A stretch of DNA of 64,000 nt from positions 372,001-436,000 of the forward strand of contig NC_043013.1 of assembly GCF_006345805.1 (NCBI RefSeq), in the 5' to 3' direction. This document shows, one piece after another, positions 40,738 to 53,239 of this stretch (positions are counted from its first letter, which is position 1; every line of letters begins with the position of its first letter). This DNA is from Octopus sinensis (Eukaryota). A model generated the notes under the pieces. It searched no databases, was not told where the DNA came from, and saw only the letters and a program-made list of their open reading frames with translations. The translations under genes and the position numbers were made by a program.

Positions 40738-41864
40738 CGCTAATTTCTTTTTTAGCGACGAAGAATAAAGTTTTATGAGCAAAAGTAAAGTTTAAAGAAT
40801 AGTGAAAGTCAGGTAGGAAACGAAAGCAGATTCACTTCTCATCGTTCTCTTCTCACCTACACCCTTCCTGTGTGCGAGTACCTGTGTGTGTGTGTGTGTG
40901 TTAGTGTGTATGAGAGTGAGAGAAAGACAGAATAATATCTCAGGCGGTTTTAACCAGATTAAGTTTATGTGAGAAATTATAATCAACTGCGACAGTGGAT
41001 GGGTGTGGTGATGGTGGCGGCGGTGGTGGTGGTGATGGTGGCGGCGGCGGTGGTGGTAGAGCTGTCGGTGGTGGCGGCGGCGGCAGTCGGTGAAGTGAGC
41101 AAGCAAAGAAAAACACAAGTCGAACGAGTCAACGGTGGCGGAGCCTGTACGTGGTTACTCGACTTGCTAGAAATAGTTGATAAATACTTCAGATCACACC
41201 TGTCATTTTTTTTTCAAAAAAAAAAGAAAAGAAAGGTACATATTGGATAATGCAGTTCTAGATACACTTAGCTTGGTAGGGAAAAAGATGAGAAACTAAT
41301 AGCTTGCGTGTCTTTGATCACGGAAGCTGACCTGCTGTGAATGAACTAAGATGCAAGGAAACCGTGATGGTCTAATCATGGTAACTAAACTGCGAATAAA
41401 ACTTATCCAAATCGGTTTAAATGTGTTGAAATTACTGTTTGTTTTAAGGCAGAATCTTTCGCCAGAGAAGACCTGAGGCTCGTTTTTATTCCAACAAAGA
41501 GCCTTGTATGATGAGGTTAGAATTCTCAAACTTATTCAATTTTGTGAAGGAGGCACAAGATAGACGACGACGATGATGATGATGATGATAGTGATGATGA
41601 CGATGATGATGTCAATGGTGATGGTGATGATGACGATGGTAGTGGTGATTTTGTAACAGTGGATCAATGCCACACATTTGAAGAAGAGAGGAGCAGATTA
41701 GAAATGCGATCTAAAAGAAAATAATTCTGGCGTAGTCAAACTACGACAAAACATAAAAAAGAGAAATATTTCTAGTATAAGCGACAATGATTACAATGAC
41801 AGAAAGAGTTGTGGATCAGAGTTGGACTGGAAAAGACGAGGAATACATATTCACACACACACAT

Positions 41865-42107
41865 ATACTCATATTTTCTTTACTACCCACAAGGGGCTAA
41901 ACACAGAGAGGGGACAAACAAGGACAGACAAACGGATTAAGTCGATTATATCGAGCCCAGTGCGTAACTGGTACTTAATTTATCGACCCTGAAAGGATGA
42001 AAGGCAAAGTCGACCTCGGCGGAATTTGAACTCAGAACATAACGGCAGACGAAATACGGCTACGCATTTCGCCCGGCGTGCTAACCACTCTGCCAGCTCG
42101 CCGCCTT
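41865..42107 (-). mobile_element. tRNA-derived SINE family 2, young copy
   Basis: Near-identical to 43590-43827, with CpGs retained. Confidence 0.92.
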
Positions 42108-42670
42108 TACACACATATACTCATGCACGCATATACACAAACACAATTACACACACACACACACGCACACATGCACACACAACAGCAACGATGACGAAAA
42201 AGGAAGAAGAGGAAAAAGAAACAAAGAAATGTGGGAAGAAACTGTAGACGCAGCATGTGTTGTGAGATGTATATATATAGAGAGAGGGGGAGAGAGAGAG
42301 GGAGAGAGAGAGAGAGAGAGTGTGTGTGTTTGCTCGCTTCTCGACGAGGCGAGGGTTTCCCCTTTGACTTCTCTGACAAAACGTCAACTGACGACGTTTT
42401 CACTAAATAAAGAAAAACTGGAGTGAGAGGGAAAGTGAGCAAATCATCTTTTTTCACTTGAACCATTTTCTGCTTTCTTTCCTCCTTTCCCCACCACCAC
42501 TTTACTACTATTGCTGTTACGACTACTATTACTATTGCTACCACCACCACCACCACCACCAGTATTATTGCTACTGCTGTTACTACTATTATTACTACTT
42601 GTATCCCCGTCATTTCTCTTATTTCCCCTTTTTCGTCTTTGTCATCTGTTCTCAGTATTTTAAGACTCAC

Positions 42671-43902
42671 AAGCCTGCTCCCCGGGACACACGCAGACAC
42701 ATTTTATGTTTTATACGTGCATATATGTGTGTGTGTGTGTGTGTGGTGTGTGTGTGTGCGTATCAATACATTTATGTATATACACATACACGTATCTCTC
42801 CCAGTATCTATACGTGTGTGTGTGTGTGTGAGCGGGTTTGAGAGAGATAAAATATGTGAATGAGATTTACAAGTAGGTTACAACTACAAACGAGTAGCCG
42901 ATTGTTGTAGTTTTACTTTTGTAGTCCCCATTCTTTGTCTGATGGAAGGGAAAGACGGAGACAAAGAATGTGTGTGTGTGTGTGCGAGATAAAAGAAGCG
43001 AGAGAGGAAAAAGTTTCTCAAAGGCTGAGATAGATACAGAGTGAAATATTGTGAGACAGGAGAGAGAAGGTAAATAAATGTGTAAGATTAAACCTTGGGA
43101 CAAAATCCAATCGAGCAGGTACGGTTAACGAGCGCGTACCTAACAGTAAGGGGATATTTATGTGTATGCTTAGAGCTGAGTGTGTGAGTGTGGGTGTAGG
43201 TGTATCTATTTAAATATGCGCGTGTGTGTGTGTGTGTGTGCACATACACCTATGTGTTCTAGGAATGAAGAATAAGAAAGCAGAAGGATCAAATCAGATG
43301 TGTGTGTGTGCACACACACCTATAAAAAATGTGCGGGACATGTATATATTCTTATACATGTATGTTGGTGATCACATATATACACATGCGCCTGTTCAGA
43401 ACAACTGAAGCAAATCTATTCTTATAACCGTTTCTACTCCAGATACAAGGCTTGAAATTGTGAGGAGGAGACAAGTTGATTACATCTACTCCAGTGTCTC
43501 ACTGGTACTTCATTTATCGACCCCCGAAAGGATGAAAAGCAAAGTCGACTTCGATGGAATTTGAACTCAGAACGTAGCGACGGGCAAAATACTTATTTCT
43601 TTACTACCCACAAGGGGCTAAACGTAGAGGGGACAAACAAGGACAGACAAACGGATTAAGTCGATTATATCGAGCTCAGTGCGTAACTGGTACTTAATTT
43701 ATCGACCCCCGAAAGGATGAAAGGCAAAGTCGACCTCGGCGGAATTTGAACTCAAAACGTAGCTGCAGACGAAATACCGCTAGGAATTTCGCCCGGCGTG
43801 CTAACCACTCTGCCAGCTCGCCGCCTTAATCTATTCTTATAATGGATGGATGGATGGATGGACGGATGGACGGGTGGACGGACGGACGGATAGATAGATA
43901 TG

Positions 43903-43950
<48 letters not shown>

Positions 43951-44400
43951 ATATATATATATATATATTGCACACACACACACTCAGACATCTGACGCGT
44001 GCGTTTGGGTGTGATTTTGAATGTGTTAGAGTTTTTGTCGGTTGATGGGGATAAATATCGGCTGGCTTAAAATATGTTTGCTTCTACTCCTTTGTCAACA
44101 CTCATTCTCCACATAGATCAAACATCTGCTGCAGTACCAAGGTTGGCACAAAACAGTTCTGGCCTCTTTCACTCCTTTCCCCTTACTCACAGACGACGCC
44201 CTGAAACACGCGCGCAATGTAGACTGGATGAATGACAAGCTCCGTACACACACACACACACACACGTGTATATGCTTGTGCATATACATGTATAAATGTA
44301 TGTGTATGTGTGTGTTTATACACGCACACACACACACACACACGGGGAGAAAGTGAGATCGATATTAAGGACAAAATACTGGGGGGGGGGATGATAGAAG
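42671..44400 (-). promoter_or_regulatory. Candidate promoter/5'UTR exons of a minus-strand gene in a CpG-retaining zone (~38.8-44.8 kb)
   Basis: Strong minus-strand donors CT|GTGAGTAA (exon end 44191) and TT|GTGAGTCT (exon end 42671) lie in CpG-rich, GA/CA-repeat-flanked sequence. No coding exon recognised. Confidence 0.3.
43428..43827 (-). mobile_element. Two adjacent family-2 SINE copies (3' tail variants)
   Basis: 43428-43590 (head-truncated) abuts 43590-43827 (complete). Both carry the GAAAGGATGAAA(A/G)GCAAAGTCGAC core. Confidence 0.88.
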
Positions 44401-45296
44401 TCGAACAACGGATCAACAACCAAAATATTTTTTTCTTCACATTGAAGCAAGACCTCAGAATTTGTAATTTGTCTGTTTTAACGAACTTGGTGAAGTCCCC
44501 ATTTCAACAACCCTGGAGAAGTGAAAAATAAAGTCGATATCGGCGATATTTTGAACTTACAACGCAGAAAAGAGAAGTTAAATTATGTGACATTTTGTTT
44601 TATTGGAAGTTGGGTCGATAATTGAAAACCAAGCATGGTACTGGTCGACATGGACTGTGTATTCCTTCTACGAATTGAAATCCTTTTTCAAGGCGCCAAA
44701 TTTGCAGAATCGTCAGAACAAAGGATAGAAGGGTTTGAAGTATTGTTGTAACGAGATTAACTTTTCCTTTCATCCTTTCAGAGTCGATAAATAAAGTACC
44801 ATTCCAATACTGGAGTTGGTTCTTCTATTTCTCACAATCGTCTAAGATAAGGATCATGGGAGACTACTCAACATCCCTTTGTCTGGGAATGGGGAAGAAT
44901 TGAAAGAGATGCCAACAACCCTCTTTTCATAGTTAAATTGCTGGTGGCATGTGAAAGCACTCATTACACTCCCAGAGTGGTTGGTGTTCGGAAGGACATC
45001 CAACCATAGAAAACCATGCCAGATTGGACTGGAGTCTGGGGCAGCATTCCAGCTTACCAGCCCCAGTCAAACTAGCCACAAACACACTGATATTCATCTT
45101 TACGTTCAGAGTTCAAATTCTGCTGAGATTGAGTCTGCCTTTCATCCTTCCAGGATCAATAAAATAAGTACCAGTGGAGTACTGGGGCCAATGTAATCGA
45201 ATAGCCACTGCTCTACTAAACTTGCTGGCCTTGTGTCAAAATCTGAAACCAATATGGGTAAATTAATAGAACGGAATTAACTTTAGAAATATTCTA

Positions 45297-45508
45297 GTCT
45301 ACTCTAGACACAAGGTCTGAAATTTTGGGGGAGGGGGCCAGTCAGTAGCTCGACCCTAGTATGCAACTGGTACTTAATTTATCGACCCCAAAAGGATGAA
45401 AGGCAAAGTCAACCTCAGCAGAATTTGAACTCAGAATGTAAAGACAGACAAAGTACCGCTAAGCATTTCGCCCGACATGTTCAATGTTTCTGCCAGCTCG
45501 CCACCTTT
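45297..45508 (-). mobile_element. tRNA-derived SINE family 2
   Basis: Colinear with other family-2 copies, with several CpG transitions. Confidence 0.88.
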
Positions 45509-45547
45509 AACATTAGAAATATTATTAGAGATTAGAACAATAAGCTT

Positions 45548-47535
45548 AGAACATGGCAGTGAAACATGGGCTGTGATAGCCAAAGACATGTATAGGCTTG
45601 AAAGAAATGAAGCCAGTATGCTTTGCTGGATGTGCAATGTCAAGTGTGCATGTTTGACAGAGTGTAAGCATCTTGAGAGAAAACTTAAGCATAAGAGGCA
45701 TCAGATGTGGTGTGCAAGAGAGACGACTGCACTGGTATGGTCATGTGATGCATATGGACGAAGACAGCCATGTAAAGAAGTGCCGATCTCTAACTGTGGT
45801 GGAAACCTGTGTTAGAACAGACCCAAGAAAACATGGGATGAGGTGATGAGGCATGCTGTTGTCACATAACTAGCACTTGTGCTGGTGGCATGTAAAGGAC
45901 ACCTTTCAAGTGTTGGGTATCGTGGAGGCACAGTGGCTGAATTCCTTTCGAGCACTGGACTTCAAGGAGACTAAGAGGCAGCGTTCTCTATCAAGTGTTG
46001 GGCCTCATGAAAGCAAAATGGCTGAGTTCCTTTCGAGCATTGGGCCTCATGAAAGCAAGGTGGCTGAGTTCCTTTCGAACATTGGGCCTCATGGAAGCAA
46101 AGTGGCTGAGTTCATTTTGAGCATTTGGCCTCATGGAGGCAAAGTGGCTGAGTTCCTTTCGAGCATTGGGCCTCATGGAAGCAAAGTAGCTGAGTTCATT
46201 TTGAGCATTTGGCCTCGTGGAGGCAAAGTGGCTGAGTTCCTTTCGAGCATTGGGCCTCATGGAAGCAAAGTAGCTGAGTTCCTTTTGAGCATTTGGCCTC
46301 ATGGAGGCAAAGTGGCTGAGTTCCTTTCGAGCATTTGGCCTCATGGAAGCAAAGTAGCTGAGTTCCTTTTGAGCATTTGGCCTCGTGGAGGCAAAGTGGC
46401 TGAGTTCCTTTCGAGCATTGGGCCTCATGGAAGCAAAGTAGCTGAGTTCCTTTTGAGCATTTGGCCTCATGGAGGCAAAGTGGCTGAGTTCCTTTCGAGC
46501 ATTGGGCCTCATGGAAGCAAAGTAGCTGAGTTCCTTTTGAGCATTTGGCCTCATGGAGGCAAAGTGGCTGAGTTCCTTTCGAGCATTTGGCCTCATGGAA
46601 GCAAAGTAGCTGAGTTCCTTTTGAGCATTTGGCCTCGTGGAGGCAAAGTGGCTGAGTTCCTTTCGAGCATTTGGCCTCATGGAAGCAAAGTAGCTGAGTT
46701 CCTTTTGAGCATTTGGCCTCGTGGAGGCAAAGTGGCTGAGTTCCTTTTGAGCATTTGGCCTCATGGAGGCAAAGTGGCTGAGTTCCTTTTGAGCATTTGG
46801 CCTCGTGGAGGCAAAGTGGCTGAGTTCCTTTCGAGCATTGGGCCTCATGGAAGCAAAGTAGCTGAGTTCATTTTGAGCATTTGGCCTCGTGGAGGCAAAG
46901 TGGCTGAGTTCCTTTCGAGCATTGGGCCTCATGGAAGCAAAGTAGCTGAGTTCATTTTGAGCATTTGGCCTCGTGGAGGCAAAGTGGCTGAGTTCCTTTC
47001 GAGCATTTGGCCTCATGGAAGCAAAGTAGCTGAGTTCCTTTTGAGCATTTGGCCTCGTGGAGGCAAAGTGGCTGAGTTCCTTTCGAGCATTGGGCCTCAT
47101 GGAAGCAAAGTAGCTGAGTTCCTTTTGAGCATTTGGCCTCGTGGAGGCAAAGTGGCTGAGTTCCTTTCGAGCATTTGGCCTCATGGAGGCAAAGTGGCTG
47201 AGTTCCTTTCGAGCATTTGGCCTCATGGAGGCAAAGTGGCTGAGTTCCTCAAGGAGTCAATGACTGAGACCTTTAGCATTATATTGTGCTTGAGAAGAAG
47301 ACCCATCAAGCCGAGCAAAATCGCAGTCGTGAAAGATACTGGTGTCACACAAATGGCACCCATGCTGATGGCATGCGAAAGCACTCATTACACACCCAGA
47401 GTGATTGGTGTTAGGAAGGACATCCAACCATAGAAAACCATGCCAGATTGGACGGGATTCTGGTGCAGCATTCTAGCTTACCAGCCCCAGTTAAACTGTC
47501 CAACCCATGCCAGCATGGACAACAGACATTAAATG
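45548..47535 (+). mobile_element. RTE LINE 3' portion interrupted by an internally amplified minisatellite
   Basis: HGSETWAV...LERNEASML.WMCNV...ERRLHWYGHV.RMDEDS.VK precedes the array. GACTGAGACCTTT...GTGCTTGAGAAGA and the RTE 3' UTR (GTTAGGAAGGACATCCA...AACCCATGCCAGCATGG) follow it. Confidence 0.88.
45903..47250. repeat. 42-bp minisatellite (~30 units) with a partial 84-bp dimeric higher-order pattern
   Basis: Unit GAGTTCCTTTCGAGCATTGGGCCTCATGGAAGCAAAGTAGCT mostly alternates with GAGTTCCTTTTGAGCATTTGGCCTC(A/G)TGGAGGCAAAGTGGCT. Translates as 14-aa repeats in ORFs 45877-47433(+) and 45991-47226(-). Confidence 0.97.
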
Positions 47536-47800
47536 ATAATGTTAAAGCAGTAGAGCACTAGGCTAAATACCTCATCACATTTCGTTTCATCCTTCTTGTG
47601 CACAGAGTGCTGACCTTGCTGGTATCAAATTTGCTTTCCATTTCTCCAAAGTTTTAATGGAGTATTCTTGTTGACTGGTTTTAGTTGAGCTGTTCAAAGA
47701 CATCCTTTGCTATTTCCCCACTTTCATTACTTTAACCGGTCCCTGCCACTCTGTGCTCAATACACAAAAATCAATTTATATTTCCCCAGCCATTTTAATC

Positions 47801-48017
47801 CTTTTGCATTTAAACCAGCCAGATCTGGCCAAAATAGTCTCCATTGTTTTTATTCTTAAACAGGCCAGATCAGGCCTCTCACACTTACCCTACAATATTA
47901 TTCCAAAAATAAACAATGTCATTGAAATTTTAAAGCTACAAGATAATGCATGACTAACTCAAATAAATATAAATAAATAAGAATTATTTTTGACAGAAAA
48001 ATCTGATTGCTAAAGGC
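47801..48017. mobile_element. Probable piggyBac-type MITE (family also at ~6705-6830)
   Basis: TTAATCCTTTTGCATT ... ATTGCTAAAGGCTTAA: degenerate TIRs inside TTAA. GCATTTAAACCAGCCA is shared with the 6717 region. Confidence 0.45.
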
Positions 48018-48061
48018 TTAATATTTATCATCACCATTAATAAATCATACAATATGTTTTA

Positions 48062-48228
48062 GTACATTATTTATATTATTTACATTTGACTGATATTTGT
48101 CCTCATCTTGTTTGTTGTTAACACGTTTCGGCTGATATACCCTCCAGCCTTCATCAAGTGTCTTGGGGAAATTGCAAACCTGGGTTCTCATTCTTAAGGT
48201 ATTTTTTGATGTTGTTACTACTATTATT

Positions 48229-48301
<73 letters not shown>

Positions 48302-48326
48302 TTTTTATTATTATTATTATATTATT

Positions 48327-48357
<31 letters not shown>

Positions 48358-48366
48358 TTTTTATTA

Positions 48367-48425
<59 letters not shown>

Positions 48426-48439
48426 TTTATTATATTATT

Positions 48440-48494
<55 letters not shown>

Positions 48495-48885
48495 TCACTG
48501 CCTGGAATTAAACTCAGAATCTTGGGGTTAGTAGCCCACACTCTTAATCACTATGCCCTATAAAGCTAGAAGAGTAGCGGAAAGGGCAGGACATGCCCTC
48601 GTCCGTAAGAGAATCTATTACAACCATTGGGAAAAAAAGTCCACAGGCATTTGGTGCAGTGGTTAAGAACATGGGCTACTAACCCCAAGATTCCAAGTTC
48701 GATTCCAGGCAGTGACCTGAATAATAATAATAATAATAACATCGAAAAATAACTTAGGAATGAGAACCCAGGTTCGAAATTTCCCCAAGACACCTGATGA
48801 AGGCAGGAGGGTATATCAGCCAAAATGTTGTGTTAACAACAAACAAGATGAGGACAAATACCCGTCAAATGTAAATAATGTACAT
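48062..48885. mobile_element. Inverted (head-to-head) pair of a tRNA-headed, (AAT)n- and hammerhead-containing element
   Basis: Left arm 48062-48557 is the reverse complement of right arm 48646-48885, apart from an expanded (ATT)n. The right arm is a tRNA-like head (TGGTGCAGTGG...GTTCGATTCC), then (AAT)n, then GACAC-CTGATGA-AGGCAGGAGGGTATATCAGCC-AAAA-TGTT-GTGTT. Spacer ~88 nt. Confidence 0.85.
48220..48490. repeat. Expanded (ATT)n microsatellite within the left arm of the inverted element
   Basis: Directly visible. Confidence 0.97.
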
Positions 48886-50039
48886 AATTCCTCATCTCTT
48901 AAACATAGAACAATATGTTTTAGAGTTGTCATCAAATTCATCTTCATTCCCCCTCCCCCCCCTCTCTCTCTCTCCACCTGCGGCAGATGGCACACTTACA
49001 TGAGGCAATTGTCTCCATTGCATGAATCAATGTTATTGGCCAGTGTACCTCATTTCATCAGCCACACTCTTCCATGCTGGAGGAGAATATTCATTTTGCA
49101 GTTCTCCTTCTCCTCGTTTCATTGCATTCACTTACAATTAATTTATTAAAAATTCTACATTAATTTCAATTCAGGAGCTGTCACTCCAACACATCTTGAT
49201 GAGAACCAGTTTTCAAAAAAATGATTTATTAAACTCAGAATTAGGAATTGTCAAAGTAATTGACTTATGTTTTCTTTTCTTTCTTTTTTGTTTTTAATCT
49301 TTGGTCTAATTTTAAAAAATATGAATATTTGGTTATTTTAAGATTTCATGTAGAGATTGGGTTCCATAAATCATTTGATGGTAAGAATCTTCAAATACTT
49401 TTCAAACATCCAGTATGAAATTTGCATCTGATAATGATCTGCAAAACAATCTTTCAGTTCTTCTTTCAAATTTTCTGAAATATTTCCATTTGCTTCTTGT
49501 TCCAATGAGAACAGACTTATTGAGAAACCAGACTTATCTGGTCTGCAAACAGTTTCTTCTAATTTTCAGTTTTTCAGAATGCTCACATCATATCCTGGTC
49601 CAAAGTTCCATTGGATTCTAAACTAAACACAGGAATATATGAATCCAAACAAATCTGACCACTTCTGAATGTGTATCACATAATCTCCACGAGTATGAAT
49701 GTTCCTGGTTGGAATTGTTCAAAACTATAAATAGAAAAAGTGTCAGTGTGTTTTAACAAAAAATTCCCTCTAAATATGAACTCAAAGAAGAAAATATAAT
49801 TCCTACTAGTAAGGTAAAATATGTATTTTGTTAACTGTTTCAACTTTTGTGCTTAAATGCAATGGATATGAAAGTTATTTGCACAGAATGTTCAGGACCA
49901 ATCAGCCTTTTCTAAGCCCACTTCATAGTGATGCATCCACAAATTTAGTGGTATCAAAAGCAAGTAAAGGAGATAGTTTGCATACTTAATAGATGTTTTG
50001 TGTGATTTCTTTCTTTGCTACAAAACCTCTTTGTCTTAT

Positions 50040-50490
50040 ATACTAAGAATATGTTTCTGTTGAAGAACTCAACATCTATAAGATGATATTACAAGACCTA
50101 CCATGGTGAAATCATAACAAGTATTCTGGACAGACAAGGGAAGATGTCAAGCAATTGAAGGCTAGTTTCAACAAATTAACACCAGGAAAAGCAATGAAAA
50201 TGAAGGAATATTCTTGCCAGCTACAAAATCTCAAAACATATTGCTGAAAAGATGAATCCTTTTACAGACAAAGAGTTTATCAAAGAATTCTTACTGGCAG
50301 TGGAAGATGTTGTTTGTCTTGAAAAGTAATCTTTATTTGAATGTATCAGCAAGAATGAGTTGAAGAAATGCCAGTAAATGTTTAAAATGGTTTTAGAGAT
50401 GTTTGCAGAAAATTACAATTTTTTTCTATTGCATTTGATGAAAGTAGTGCCGAGAGCCACTGCTCAACTCTTAATGTTTGTGCGGAAATT
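50040..50490 (+). mobile_element. hAT transposase remnant (SPIN/GTF2IRD2-Buster-like)
   Basis: Reads ASYKISKHIAEKMNPFTDKEFIKEFLLAVEDVVC and FSIAFDESS..ATAQLLMFVR, matching the hAT motifs KPF.DGEFIK and ALDESTD..DTAQL.IF.R. Confidence 0.75.
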
Positions 50491-51344
50491 GGTTTTAAGT
50501 TTTTTGAAGATATTTTTAATCAGGCAGACATTTTTGAAGTTTTGTTGAATTGACATCAGGATTTTTGAGCAGCAGTCACCAATGTTTTCTGCTCCATGAA
50601 GTGATTTCATGCAAGACAATTTTTCCATGGACCAGAGGATCACACACATAACAAAACAATAAAATGTGTAACGCAATGAGAGTAGACAATTGTTATATGT
50701 TGGAGACAAGGACGGCCATTGGACTCACTATTGTACAAATGGGTAGAAGCATCCTGTGATAAAGGTAGCAAGAAGTTTAAACAGTCAGGTTCCATCCATA
50801 GGGAATAATGGGATTTGCCCTGAAAGCTTAATGTAATCCTGAAGTTTACAGCGTTAAGTTGGTGAAATAACACAGCTGTTCATTTTGAAGTAATGCCATC
50901 TGGAGTAATGTCCTTCTGAAGTCCCACATGAAAATAGCTATACTCTCAAAGTCTTCTGCTAACTGCTGGCTGGTTGACTGGAACCGAATCTCCTTTGTTC
51001 TGGACAGATGACATTGTATTTATAGCTAGCTATTGAAAAAGGCACGAAATACTGCTTGGTGGAAGCTGCTGTTCATATTAAATCTGCAGCCAGCCATAGC
51101 ACTACCGTGCTAATACACGACAACCAAAGAGCAATTCTTTGACTCACTACAAGTGCATAATATATAATTTTTAATAATATATAATCCTTACATATTAAGC
51201 ACTTTTAATGGGGTAGAACTTTTGGGTCTGCTGTAGGCAATATGTGCTTTTTGTAGCGTCTAGGGGCAGCAAATGGAAGGGCCATTCTGGGTGGCACACA
51301 CTTTAGCTACGTTAGTGGCCTTAAGCCCCACTATTTAATATTAA

Positions 51345-51700
51345 ACACTACTCTGACAAAGAATCTCAGTCATGGTAATTCCATTCTTCTGAATATGTTC
51401 CCTGATAGCTTCATTTCTATATCTTTCTTCCATGCTATTCATGTACCTTTGTTGAACATTTCTCTTCTTCAAAATGCTGAATTTCTTCACTGAATTTATT
51501 TCACCTGTCTTCGTTAATCTGGTGAGATTTCCACTTGTTCCATGTCCATCCAAGTCTTGCTTGTTTCTTCTGCACTGTACCAATCACTTCTTTCATTCCC
51601 AGTCTACTTTCTGTCATCTCAACAGCTTTTTCCACATTCCATTTCCTTCCTGACAACATTCTTGGTTTGGCTGCAGAACAACAGAATCCACCAAATTTCA
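51345..51700 (-). mobile_element. HERO-like (restriction-endonuclease-type) non-LTR retrotransposon fragment
   Basis: Minus strand reads SGRKWNVEKAVEMTESRLGMKEVIGTVQKKQARLGW...KRNVQQ...EERYR, resembling the GRKW.A..AV..AESRL....VG.V..GR.GLG post-RT motif. Confidence 0.6.
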
Positions 51701-51820
51701 TAGCATCACATGACACTGATTTCTGCTACCATAAACTCCTCCTCTGCCACCGATGTAGACAGCTGGAGTTCAATGCTTCTACTGAACAATACAACTTTCA
51801 TAAACACATTCAATGTAAAT

Positions 51821-51876
<56 letters not shown>

Positions 51877-51993
51877 CATACATACTCACATGCACAAATT
51901 TATGCTTGCTTCCCACTTAACTCTTCCATCCTGTTTTGCAATCAACAATTATATTCCATCTCAAATTCCCTCCACCACTGGCATCCTCTCCCC

Positions 51994-52030
<37 letters not shown>

Positions 52031-52824
52031 TCTCTCTCTCTCTGCTCTTTTTTGTTTATCTTTGACTACTCATTGGGTTTCTTTTCATTGATTAATTGCA
52101 ATGAATGAGATTGTTTGTTTTTAATTTGGGCCATTAATTACATGTTGAATAAAGTCAACCAAGAAAAATGCATGCAATAGATAGGAGTGTCTCCAGCCTC
52201 AGCTTTGCCAATTTGTCTCCTGTGCACCCAGAAAATATTCAAGGCATGCAGTATCACAGTGATGACATCAGTAAATCTGGGCAGTCAAGAAATTTGCTTT
52301 TTAATTACATTGTTCAGAGTTCAAAATACTGTGCAGCATTATGGGGGAAGTGTTTCTATGTGACTAAGATAGGATAAAGATCCTTCCTGATTCAATATAG
52401 ACACATAGGCCCAGTTTCCCAGTTTCTGTGGTGCATATATTCCCCCTGGATGGGACACAAGTCCATCACACAATTACTCATTTCTGCCAGCTGAGTGGAC
52501 TGGAGCAATGAAGTGTTTTGCTCAAGAACACAATGCATCACTTGGTCCAGGAATTGAAACCACAATCTTACGATCATGAGTCCAGCACCTTAACCACTAC
52601 TCTAGGTATGTCTCAATGTTTCTGAGTGAATTAAAGAGGATAAAATTATGTGGACATCTATTGGATGGTAAACTTAATTAGAAAAATAACCAAAAACTCA
52701 AACCAGTTGGGAAAGACATCTGCTGTTTTCAGAAAAATCTTCCAGTAATTATATTTCTAGTCCATGGCAACCAGCAAAGCCCATGGGAACAGTTTCTTTC
52801 TACAGTTCTATATTTAACAGATAA

Positions 52825-52977
52825 GGAATTATGTACATTATTTCCATTTGACAGATATTTGTTCTCATCTTGTTTGTTGTTAACACAATGTTTCAGATGA
52901 TATACCCTCCAGCCTTCATCCGGTGTCTTGGGGAAATTTCAAACCTGAGTTCTCATTCCTAAGGTATCTTTCGATGC

Positions 52978-53009
<32 letters not shown>

Positions 53010-53239
53010 TGACTGCCTGGAAACAAACTCAAAATCTTGGGGTTAGTAGCCGGCACACTTAACCACAATGCCATATGCCCATGGGCATAATAATAATAAT
53101 ATTGAAAAATACCCTAGGAATGAGAACCCAGGTTCGAAATTTCCCCAAGACACCTGATGAAGGCTGGAGGGTAAATCAGCCGAAACATTGTGTTAACAAC
53201 AAACAAGATGTAAATAACGTCAAATGTAAATAATGTACA
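52825..53239. mobile_element. Second inverted pair of the tRNA-head/(AAT)n/hammerhead element (right arm lacks the tRNA head)
   Basis: Left arm 52825-53072 (minus) and right arm 53088-53239 (plus) are reverse complements around the central palindrome TATGCCCATGGGCATA. Same family as 48062-48885. Confidence 0.85.
53149..53194 (+). ncRNA. Minimal type I hammerhead ribozyme motif (near intact)
   Basis: GACAC-CTGATGA-A-GGCTG GAGGGTAAAT CAGCC-GAAA-CAT-T-GTGTT. Core CUGAUGA/GAAA is intact, stem II is a perfect 5 bp and stem I is 5 bp. Stem III reads ACAT instead of the family consensus ACGT (the CG is seen in the 48120-48162 copy). Confidence 0.7.

Noticed and set aside
45877-47433. 518-aa ORF (+) and 411-aa ORF (-) as host protein-coding genes.
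   Set aside because: Both arise from a stop-free 42-bp minisatellite inside an RTE copy. There is no evidence of a gene structure.
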